Shown here one piece after another: positions 21,367 through 30,055 of a DNA stretch of 64,000 bases. The DNA is from an uncultured Clostridia bacterium (GTDB lineage Bacteria > Bacillota > Clostridia > TANB77 > CAG-465), in the NCBI GenBank assembly GCA_944388585.1, contig CALXJI010000007.1:7276-71275 (forward strand), given 5' to 3'. The notes under the pieces were generated by a model. The model worked only from the letters and a program-made list of their open reading frames with translations, was not told the DNA's origin and did no database searches. The number at the start of each line of letters is the position of its first letter. Positions within the stretch are counted from its first letter, which is position 1. The position numbers and the translations under genes are program-made.

Positions 21367-22626
21367 ATGCACGAAAGAGGAAGAATACTAGAAAAGTTTG
21401 TGGATTTAGTTGAAGAAAACGCAGATGATCTAGCATGGCTTTTATCTAGTGAGACAGGTAAACCTATTAAAGAAGCTATTGCAGAAATTGGAAATACAAG
21501 AAATTTTGTTTATGGTTATGTTGAAAAAGCAAAACATTTATATGGTGAAAGTTTAGTTGGAGAAGCAGAACCTGGACAAGAGAAACATATGCAAATTACA
21601 GTAAGAGAACCTCTTGGTGTTGTTGCATGTATAATACCATTTAACTTCCCTTGCGACTTATTTGGTCAAAAAGTACCATCAGCTTTAATAATGGGAAATT
21701 CTGTTATAGTAAAACCATCTAATTATAATCCATTAACACTTATAGAATATGTAAGATTAATGGTAAAAGCTGGTGTTCCTGCAGGTGCTATTCAAGTATT
21801 AACAGGAGATGGACCAATAGTTGGTCAGGCACTTGCAAGACATAAAGGAGTAAGTCTTGTATCTCTTACAGGAAGTACTGCTGTTGGAATGCAAACTATG
21901 GAGACATGTTCTAAAAACTTAACACATGTTATGTTAGAGCTTGGTGGAAATGATGCATTCATTATGCTTGAAGATGGAGATATGGATTTGGCAGTAAAAG
22001 AAGTTATATGGGGTAGACTATATAATGGTGGACAAGTATGTTGTGCAAGTAAAAGATTTTTAATACATAATTCTAGAAAAAAAGAATTTATCGATAGAAT
22101 GAAAGAAGTAATTTCTAAATTAAAAGTAGGAGATCCTTCAAGATTTGATACAGATATGGGACCACTTATTAATATTCCTGCAGCAAAAAGAGTAGAGGAA
22201 TATGTAAATAAAACTGTTGAACAAGGTGCAAAGATAGTATGTGGTGGAAAAAGATATTCAGCGTACTATGGACCAACTATACTAGATAATGTTACAAAAG
22301 ATATGGATGTAGCAAAAGATATGGAAATTTTTGGACCTGTAATTCCAGTTATAGGATTTGATACAATTGATGAAGCTATTGAGATTGCAAATCAATCATC
22401 ATATGGTTTATGTGGTTGTGTAATAACTAAAGACTATAAAGTTGGAATGCAAGTTGCAGCAAGACTTGAATGTGGTGGTGTTGTAATTAATGGAGCAAGT
22501 TTCTTTAGAAGTGCTGAAATGCCATTTGGTGGTTGGAAGCATAGTGGAATAGGAAATGAAGGAATTTCAACAACATTAGAAGAAATGTCTAGAATAAAAA
22601 CAATAGTTCTAAAAGATATATTATAA
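21367..22626 (+). CDS. NAD(P)-dependent aldehyde dehydrogenase; the reading frame is open back to 21175 without a start codon, so the N-terminus is probably frameshifted
   Basis: Catalytic Glu in ELGGNDA and catalytic Cys in GQVCCAS. The upstream in-frame region encodes the typical ALDH N-terminus NLIGYEWKDASDGNYIEVVNPAT but contains no ATG, GTG or TTG. Confidence 0.8.
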   Translation: MHERGRILEKFVDLVEENADDLAWLLSSETGKPIKEAIAEIGNTRNFVYGYVEKAKHLYGESLVGEAEPGQEKHMQITVREPLGVVACIIPFNFPCDLFGQKVPSALIMGNSVIVKPSNYNPLTLIEYVRLMVKAGVPAGAIQVLTGDGPIVGQALARHKGVSLVSLTGSTAVGMQTMETCSKNLTHVMLELGGNDAFIMLEDGDMDLAVKEVIWGRLYNGGQVCCASKRFLIHNSRKKEFIDRMKEVISKLKVGDPSRFDTDMGPLINIPAAKRVEEYVNKTVEQGAKIVCGGKRYSAYYGPTILDNVTKDMDVAKDMEIFGPVIPVIGFDTIDEAIEIANQSSYGLCGCVITKDYKVGMQVAARLECGGVVINGASFFRSAEMPFGGWKHSGIGNEGISTTLEEMSRIKTIVLKDIL

Positions 22627-22668
22627 AATTAAAATAAAAGTACAAAATAAAATTAGGAGGTTATTTAA

Positions 22669-23820
22669 GTGGTAGAAAAATTTGTATTGAATGAAACATC
22701 TTATTTTGGAAAAGGTGCAAGAGAAGTTCTTGTACAAGAATTGAAAAATAGAGGCTTTAAAAAAGCTTTAGTTGTTACAGATAAATCATTATATGATGCT
22801 CACGTAACAAAAAAAGTTACAGATGAATTAGATAAAGGAAATTTTAATTATTCTGTCTATTCAGATGTAAAGCCTAATCCAACAAAGAAAAATGTATGGG
22901 ATGGTTTAAGAGCTTGTAAAGAGGCAGAAGCTGACGTTTTAGTTGCAGTAGGTGGAGGCTCAAGTATTGATACAGCTAAAGCAATATCAATAATAATGAC
23001 AAATCCAGAAAATGAAGATATAGTATCCCTAGAAGGAGCAGCTACAACAAAAAATAAAGGACTACCAATTATTGCTTTACCTACAACTGCCGGAACTGCT
23101 GCAGAGGTTACAATAAATTACGTTATAACTGATGAAGATAGAGAAGTAAAAATGGTATGTGTTGATCCACATGATATACCAATTATTGCAATTATTGATA
23201 CAGAGCTTATGGCTTCAATGCCAAAATCTATTGCTTCATCAACAGGAATGGATGCATTAACACATGCTATTGAAGGATATATTACAAAAGCACATAATAC
23301 AATGTCAGATATGTTCCATATGGAAGCAATCAAGTTAATATTTAAATATTTACCAGCTGCTGTAAATGAGAAAGATGAGGAAGCAATAAATAAAATGGGG
23401 CTTGCTCAATATATAGCTGGTATGGGATTTTCAAATGTAGGACTTGGAATAGTACATTCTATGGCACATCAACTTGGTGCAGTTTATGATACACCTCATG
23501 GACTTGCAAATGCAATATTACTACCTACAGTTATGAGATTTAATGGTGAAGTATGTTATGAAAGATTTAGAGATATTCTTATAGCTTTAGGTGTAGATGC
23601 TAAAGATATGAATAAAGAGCAAGTTATAGATAAATTTGTAGAAATGATACAAGAATTATCTAAAAAGGTTGGAATAACACAAACAGTAAAAGATACTGGA
23701 TGTAAAGAAGAAGACTTTGAAATGCTAGCACAAAAAGCAATGAATGATGCATGTAGACCTGGAAATCCAAGAGAAACTACAAAAGAAGATTTTATAGAAT
23801 TATTTAAAAAAGCAATGTAA
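22669..23820 (+). CDS. iron-containing (group III) alcohol dehydrogenase
   Basis: GTG start with an AGGAGG RBS; GGGSSIDTAKAIS motif; conserved His residues (HAIEGY, HSMAHQLG). Confidence 0.88.
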   Translation: MVEKFVLNETSYFGKGAREVLVQELKNRGFKKALVVTDKSLYDAHVTKKVTDELDKGNFNYSVYSDVKPNPTKKNVWDGLRACKEAEADVLVAVGGGSSIDTAKAISIIMTNPENEDIVSLEGAATTKNKGLPIIALPTTAGTAAEVTINYVITDEDREVKMVCVDPHDIPIIAIIDTELMASMPKSIASSTGMDALTHAIEGYITKAHNTMSDMFHMEAIKLIFKYLPAAVNEKDEEAINKMGLAQYIAGMGFSNVGLGIVHSMAHQLGAVYDTPHGLANAILLPTVMRFNGEVCYERFRDILIALGVDAKDMNKEQVIDKFVEMIQELSKKVGITQTVKDTGCKEEDFEMLAQKAMNDACRPGNPRETTKEDFIELFKKAM

Positions 23821-23825
23821 AATGA

Positions 23826-23856
23826 AAAGACAGCTCAAGCAGAGCTGTCTTTTTAG
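23826..23856. terminator. bidirectional rho-independent terminator
   Basis: AAAGACAGCTC-AAGCA-GAGCTGTCTTT hairpin with a flanking T-run; convergent genes on either side. Confidence 0.7.
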
Positions 23857-24539
23857 CTATTGGATGGTTTTCTTCTTTTGTGTTTTGAAAGAGTATTGTC
23901 TATTAATATAAGAATGTAACAAGCCGCAATGAATAATAGACTTATAAGTATAAGGTATTTAATTACACCTCCAACACCTATTTTGTCTATATCCAAAAAG
24001 AAATATGCGTATTTTCTTGATCCACCAGATCCAAAGAATTTTCCACCATGAGAGGAATAAGTGTACACATATATCAAATATAGTGATGGAAATATATACC
24101 ATAGTAAAGGATATTTTAACTTAAAATGTCCCTTATCATCAAATATTAAGTAATCTACAAAAACCATAATTGGTGTTATAAAATGTACAAAGACATTTGA
24201 AATACTAAAAATATTTGATGATGTATTTACATTTGCATCCATTATAAATCCTGTAGGATATAAGGATATTAAATAGATGGTAAATGTAAGTAGGATTATC
24301 ATTATAGTAGCACCTTTTAGAAAATAGTATACATCACACTTTTTCCAATCAGATTTGAATTGGGAGATCACAATGCTTAACAGATAAAAAGTAAGCACAA
24401 ATAGATTGCTTTGCATGGTGTAAAAAGATAAAATACTTGTTACAGAGCTTGTGTTTAGAATATTAGACAAAATACCAATTAAACAGCAAATAATTACTGC
24501 CATTTCGAACACAAAAGAAAGTCTTCTTTTGATATTCAT
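23853..24539 (-). CDS. Pr6Pr-like polytopic membrane protein (hypothetical)
   Basis: The ATG at 24539 is preceded by AAAGGTGG; about 6 TM helices; FYTMQSN motif. Confidence 0.6.
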   Translation of the reverse strand: MNIKRRLSFVFEMAVIICCLIGILSNILNTSSVTSILSFYTMQSNLFVLTFYLLSIVISQFKSDWKKCDVYYFLKGATIMIILLTFTIYLISLYPTGFIMDANVNTSSNIFSISNVFVHFITPIMVFVDYLIFDDKGHFKLKYPLLWYIFPSLYLIYVYTYSSHGGKFFGSGGSRKYAYFFLDIDKIGVGGVIKYLILISLLFIAACYILILIDNTLSKHKRRKPSNS

Positions 24540-24735
24540 ATTGCACCACCTTTCTGTATCCCATATTATACTATATTTTATACTACTTTTCAACATTATA
24601 GTTTACTATAATATTAATTGACAAGGGATTAATATGACGATATAATATAAAAAATAAAAAAAGGTGTTGAAAAATAGTGTTAATATATAAAAATACATTT
24701 TTTAGTGTATAATTTATATATCTTAGGGGGAAAAT

Positions 24736-25491
24736 ATGAAAGCTTTAGTTACAGGTGCATCATCTGGAATAGGATATAGTATTGCTAGATGTTTGAGTAA
24801 TATTGGGTATGATTTAATAGTAGTGGCAAGAAGAAAAGATTGTCTTTTAAATTTGAAAAAAGAATGTAAAACAGATGTTGAAATAATTCCAATGGATTTA
24901 AGTATAATTTCAAATGTATATAAGCTATATGAGACTACTAAAAAACATGATATAGATATTTTGGTAAATAATGCAGGGGTAGGTCTATATGGTGAGTTTT
25001 ATGATATAGATTTGCAAAAGGAAATGGACATGTTAAGGCTAAATATAGGAGCAACAAACATTTTAACTAAATTATATCTTAAGGACATGGTTAAAAAAAA
25101 TAAAGGAAAAATACTTAATGTATCTTCTATATTTGGTTTTATGCCAGGCCCTTTGATGAGTTCATATTATGCAAGTAAAGCATATATTACAAGTATTAGT
25201 AGAGCTATAAATATGGAGCTTAAAATGAAAAATATAAATGTTAGTATTTCAACACTTTGTGCAGGAGCGGTAGATACCAATTTTAATAGTGACTTAGGAA
25301 TATCATTTTTTATTCCTCCAAGTAATTCTGAAAAGGTTGCAAAATATAGTATAAATAAATTGCTTAAAAATAAAGAAATTATAGTTCCTGGTGCAATCAA
25401 TAAATTTGTATATTTTTTAAATAAAATTCTACCTAATAGAATATTAAGATATGTTGTATATATGAGCCAAAACGGAAAAAGAAATTATTAA
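24736..25491 (+). CDS. short-chain dehydrogenase/reductase (SDR) family oxidoreductase
   Basis: TGASSGIG NAD(P)-binding motif, NNAG, and the S...YxxxK catalytic triad (YYASK). Confidence 0.85.
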   Translation: MKALVTGASSGIGYSIARCLSNIGYDLIVVARRKDCLLNLKKECKTDVEIIPMDLSIISNVYKLYETTKKHDIDILVNNAGVGLYGEFYDIDLQKEMDMLRLNIGATNILTKLYLKDMVKKNKGKILNVSSIFGFMPGPLMSSYYASKAYITSISRAINMELKMKNINVSISTLCAGAVDTNFNSDLGISFFIPPSNSEKVAKYSINKLLKNKEIIVPGAINKFVYFLNKILPNRILRYVVYMSQNGKRNY

Positions 25492-25567
25492 GCTTGTAGA
25501 TTTCAATCTATGAGCTTTTTTGTATAAATTTATAAAAAAAACTCATAACAATATTAGGAGAATAGCT

Positions 25568-27055
25568 ATGAAAAATTTATTAGAATATGTAAAAAGTAGG
25601 ATTAAAGATTTAGACGATATTTTTATTAGAAGATTAAATGTAGATGATAATGAAATTAATTTAGTATATAATGAAGCTTTAGTTGATTCTACTATGATAT
25701 CTAATTTTGTTGTTAGAAGTATTGTAGAGTGTATTAGAGAAGAAAAAGTATTAAATGAAATAGATGAAAAAAATAATAGTTTAGAAGATAAAATAAATAA
25801 AAGACTTGGAAATAAAAAAGATATAAATTTAGAAGATACTATAGCGATCAATAAGATAAAAAGAGTTGATCCTGAACAAGAGAATATATTTTATTATATA
25901 ATGTCAGGATTTGTATTAATTATATATAAAGATATAGCTTATGTGGTAGAGACAAGAGGAACACTTACTAGAAGTATAAGTGAACCTACTAGCGAAAATT
26001 CTATAAGAGGAGCAAAGGACTCTTTTGTAGAAAATATAATGAAGAATATAGGACTTATAAGAAATAGGATAAAAACAGAGAATCTAGCTTATAAAGAAAA
26101 AAGGCTTGGAAGAAAAAGTAAAACAAAAGTTGGTATCATGTATATTACAGATATTTCAAAAAAAGATTTGGTAAAATATGTAGAAGAAAAAATAGATAAA
26201 ATTGATATTGATGGTATACTTGATGTAAATTATATTCAAGAATTTATAGAAGAAAAAAATGATTCAGATTTTCCAATATCAATTAATACGCAAAGACCTG
26301 ATGTTGTATCATATTATTTACTTCAAGGAAGAATAGTAATACTTGTAGATAATAGCCCTTATGCATTAGTATTACCAGCATTTTTTGAAGATTTTATTAA
26401 TAATATAGATGATTTGTATCAAAAATCAAAAAATGTTACTTTTACAAAGATAATAAGATATATATCATTAATACTTACAATTTTAACACCAGCACTATAT
26501 TTATCTTTAATAACATTTGATCAAGAATCAATACCAAGTGAACTTTTAACTGCATTTGCTACTCAAAGAGAAGGAGTACCTTTTCCAGCATTTGTAGAGG
26601 CAATAATTATGATATTTTCTTTTGAAATTTTAAGAGAAAGTGATATGAGGTCTAATAAAGTATCTGGTAATACACTCTCTATTGTAGGTGCTCTAATACT
26701 TGGAGATGCAGCTGTTAGTGCAGGTATTGTATCTCCAATTATGATAATAGTAGTAGCAATTACTACAATTTCAGGACTTAATTTTTCAGATATTAATGTT
26801 ATAAATGTACTTAGAAAATGGAGAGCTATTTTTATGCTTTTTGCAAGTTTGTGTGGAATAATAGGAATTGGAATAGCTACTATATTATTTATAGCAAGTT
26901 TGGTATCTACTGTTAGTTATACTAAGCCTTTTACTTATCCAGTATCACCTTTAAATTTTACAGAAATGAGAAAAAATTTGTTTACTAGATTAAGTATATC
27001 AAAAGATAAAAAAAGACAAAAAATTCTTACAAATAATTTAACAAAGAGTAGGTGA
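25568..27055 (+). CDS. spore germination protein, GerA (A-subunit) family
   Basis: GerA-family sequence with C-terminal membrane helices; first gene of an A-C-B operon. Confidence 0.85.
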   Translation: MKNLLEYVKSRIKDLDDIFIRRLNVDDNEINLVYNEALVDSTMISNFVVRSIVECIREEKVLNEIDEKNNSLEDKINKRLGNKKDINLEDTIAINKIKRVDPEQENIFYYIMSGFVLIIYKDIAYVVETRGTLTRSISEPTSENSIRGAKDSFVENIMKNIGLIRNRIKTENLAYKEKRLGRKSKTKVGIMYITDISKKDLVKYVEEKIDKIDIDGILDVNYIQEFIEEKNDSDFPISINTQRPDVVSYYLLQGRIVILVDNSPYALVLPAFFEDFINNIDDLYQKSKNVTFTKIIRYISLILTILTPALYLSLITFDQESIPSELLTAFATQREGVPFPAFVEAIIMIFSFEILRESDMRSNKVSGNTLSIVGALILGDAAVSAGIVSPIMIIVVAITTISGLNFSDINVINVLRKWRAIFMLFASLCGIIGIGIATILFIASLVSTVSYTKPFTYPVSPLNFTEMRKNLFTRLSISKDKKRQKILTNNLTKSR

Positions 27056-27059
27056 TTAT

Positions 27060-28133
27060 ATGAGAAAATATATAATTGCACTTTTAATAATGGTAATTGT
27101 TTTTGATGGGCTAAATAATTTAAGGGAAGTTACAGATTTAGCTATAGTTAAAGCTATAGGGATAGATATGACAGAAGATGGACAGTATAAAACAACTGCT
27201 ATAGTAATAGATACATCAAATAAAGAGGCACAAAATGAAGGAATAATATATGAGTCTATAGGGGAGTCTGTTCATGATTCTGCAAGAAAAATTGTAAATG
27301 AATCTCCTAAAAAATTATATCTTGCACAAATGGAAACTTTAGTATTATCTGAAGATATTGCTAAAAATAATTTTGAGGATACACTAGGTTTTTTTATTAG
27401 AGATAATGAAGGAAGTAATGCATTTTACTTATTTGTTGCAAATGGTTGTGCAGCAGGAGATTTAGTAAAATCAATTAATGAAGAGCAAATAAATATAAAA
27501 TCACTACTTAACACATCTGCTAAATATAGGGGAAACTGTAACTTAAATTCATTAAATGATATTTTAAAAGATAAAATGAAACCAGGAATAGATATAACAA
27601 TAAATAGTGCTACAATAGATAATGAAAATATAAAAATAAGTGATATGGCATATTTTAAGGGATGGAGTATGAAGGGCTACTTAACAGATCAAGAAAGTAT
27701 TTTATATAATTTACTATGTAATAATTTGAATAATACTATTCTTGTCGCAGGGCAAAGTGATGATAGAATAGGAGCAGAAATTATATCCAGTAAAACAAGT
27801 ATGTCTTTAGACAAAGAAAATAATAATAAAATAAATTTTAATATAAAGATAAAAGCAAATATATCTGAGACTGGGAGTAATGTGAGAATTTTAAATAGTG
27901 AACAAATTGAAGACGCACAAAACTCTTTAGAAGAGAGAGTAAAAGCTGATGTAAATGATTTTTTATTAAAGATAAAAAATGAATATGATTCAGATATTAT
28001 TGGATTTGGAAATCTTATGTATAGAAAAAAAGATGATTTATATAAAGAAGAAAATTATTTATCTCAAATAGAAACAGATGTAAATGTAGAAGTAGATATA
28101 CAAAATCAAGGAGGAGTTACTAAAAAATGGTAG
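27060..28133 (+). CDS. spore germination protein, GerC (C-subunit) family
   Basis: N-terminal signal-like segment; GerC-like sequence; operon context. Confidence 0.75.
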   Translation: MRKYIIALLIMVIVFDGLNNLREVTDLAIVKAIGIDMTEDGQYKTTAIVIDTSNKEAQNEGIIYESIGESVHDSARKIVNESPKKLYLAQMETLVLSEDIAKNNFEDTLGFFIRDNEGSNAFYLFVANGCAAGDLVKSINEEQINIKSLLNTSAKYRGNCNLNSLNDILKDKMKPGIDITINSATIDNENIKISDMAYFKGWSMKGYLTDQESILYNLLCNNLNNTILVAGQSDDRIGAEIISSKTSMSLDKENNNKINFNIKIKANISETGSNVRILNSEQIEDAQNSLEERVKADVNDFLLKIKNEYDSDIIGFGNLMYRKKDDLYKEENYLSQIETDVNVEVDIQNQGGVTKKW

Positions 28134-29233
28134 AAAAAGACTGTGAAAAAATATATAGTTTAGGTTATAGTTTTATAATGTTATCATCTTTTTTTGCTGT
28201 TTTTTTAGGGATTGGTTCATACTTAATGTTTAAGTATACAAGAAATGATACTTATTTAATTTGTATAATAGGAGCTTTAATAAGTACAGCTATTTTTTAT
28301 ATAATACGTTATATTGTAAATAATAATGATTATGATGATATTTATGAACTTAATAAAGGCATTTTTGGAAAGTTTTTAGGAAGAATTTTAAATATAATTT
28401 TGCTTTTAGGATTTATATTAATAGCAAGTATAATATTATTTAATAATGCAAATTTTTTTAATGCAGAGTATTTGCCAGATACATCAATAAATTTTTTAAA
28501 AGCAATAATTTTATTACCACTTGTATATATATCTAGTAAAAGTTTAGCAAGTATTATAAAAATGAATCAAGTCTTGTGCATTATAAATATTTTTATGCTT
28601 TTTTTAAGTATAATTGGGGTTTTTGCAGAGTTTGATATAACTAATTTGGAACCAGTATTTAATGCCTCATATGGTGAAATTTTTAAAAGCATAGTTTTAT
28701 ATGTTGTAGTATCAATTGTACCGTTAAGTATGCTACTTGTATGTTCAAGAAAAAGGATAGCTGATAGTGAAAGATTAAATGGAAATTTGTTAAAGAGCTT
28801 TGTATTTACAAATATTTTACAGTTTTTAATTGTTTTAATTACTATACTTGTATTAGGAGAAAAATTTATTTCTTTATTTAGATTTCCAGAGCATATTGCA
28901 TTAAAACAGTTTAATTTGTTTAATATTTTCCAAAGAGTAGAAAATTTTTTAGCATTGCAATTTTATTTTTCTTCTTTTTCACTTATGAGTTTTTTATTTT
29001 ATTATATTATTAAAGCTATGCCTTCTACAAAGTTTAGAAATTATTATTCAATATTGATATCTATTTTTTTATACTTTTTTACAAATATAATATTTAATAA
29101 TACAGTTATATTTACTGAAATGATAGATAAATATATTATTTATGTAATTTTAATTACTATTTTTACTCCAATATTAGCTACTTTTGCAAAATTAATTATG
29201 CAAAACAAATTTGCAAAAATAGACAAAAAATAA
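28127..29233 (+). CDS. spore germination protein, GerB (B-subunit, APC-permease-like) family
   Basis: About 10 TM helices; 368 aa; overlaps the gerC stop. Confidence 0.8.
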   Translation: MVEKDCEKIYSLGYSFIMLSSFFAVFLGIGSYLMFKYTRNDTYLICIIGALISTAIFYIIRYIVNNNDYDDIYELNKGIFGKFLGRILNIILLLGFILIASIILFNNANFFNAEYLPDTSINFLKAIILLPLVYISSKSLASIIKMNQVLCIINIFMLFLSIIGVFAEFDITNLEPVFNASYGEIFKSIVLYVVVSIVPLSMLLVCSRKRIADSERLNGNLLKSFVFTNILQFLIVLITILVLGEKFISLFRFPEHIALKQFNLFNIFQRVENFLALQFYFSSFSLMSFLFYYIIKAMPSTKFRNYYSILISIFLYFFTNIIFNNTVIFTEMIDKYIIYVILITIFTPILATFAKLIMQNKFAKIDKK

Positions 29234-29331
29234 GCTAAAAATATTGCAAAGAACTACATAAAATGGTATAATTAATAATGTACGTTTTTTTATGTAGATT
29301 TTGTAATAAATATTGGGAGGATGTAGTTTAA

Positions 29332-29937
29332 ATGAAGAAAGAAAGAGTAATAGATGCACAAAAAGCATATGAATGTAGTGAACTATTAAAAATAATAAAA
29401 GAAACAGTTTCTGCTGATAGTCTAGCAAGAATATGTTTAAATAATTACACTTTAAATACAATTGCTGGATATACACCTGACTCTAATGATGAAAATTATA
29501 ATCCATATATAAAATCTTACATAGATAAGCTTATATATGATGAACACAATAAAAAAGTTGAAAAAGCGAAAGAAGCAGGAGATAAAGAAGAATTAAAAAG
29601 ACTTTCTAGTAAGGTTATGGATATGGCGGGATATTTAAAAAATGGTGAATATTCAAAGTTTGGAAAAATAAATGAATATGCTAAAAGTTTTGTTGATAGA
29701 ACATTACTTGATAGACAAGTAAATAGATTATATAAAGCATTAGAAAGTGGAGATAAGGAAGAGTTGGATAATGCATATAGAAAAATATATCAAATGAGTT
29801 CATATAGTAATGATAGACCATATGGTGTTGTAAATGAATATGCACAGACATTTGTAGATAATAGAATGGAAAAATATATACAAATGGGAATACATACATC
29901 TAAGGAACATATTGAACCTAAAAGTGTAGCTATATAA
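29332..29937 (+). CDS. hypothetical protein with an internal duplicated module
   Basis: NEYAKSFVDRTL and NEYAQTFVDNRM repeats; GDKEEL occurs twice; GGAGG RBS. Confidence 0.5.
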   Translation: MKKERVIDAQKAYECSELLKIIKETVSADSLARICLNNYTLNTIAGYTPDSNDENYNPYIKSYIDKLIYDEHNKKVEKAKEAGDKEELKRLSSKVMDMAGYLKNGEYSKFGKINEYAKSFVDRTLLDRQVNRLYKALESGDKEELDNAYRKIYQMSSYSNDRPYGVVNEYAQTFVDNRMEKYIQMGIHTSKEHIEPKSVAI

Positions 29938-30055
29938 AGGTATAACTTAAGTTATATCTTTATTTTTTTGTTATTATTGAGATAAATATAATAATGTGAT
30001 AGAATATAGTAAATGCAGATTCTTTGATCATAAAGAAAAAGATGGAGATGATAAT

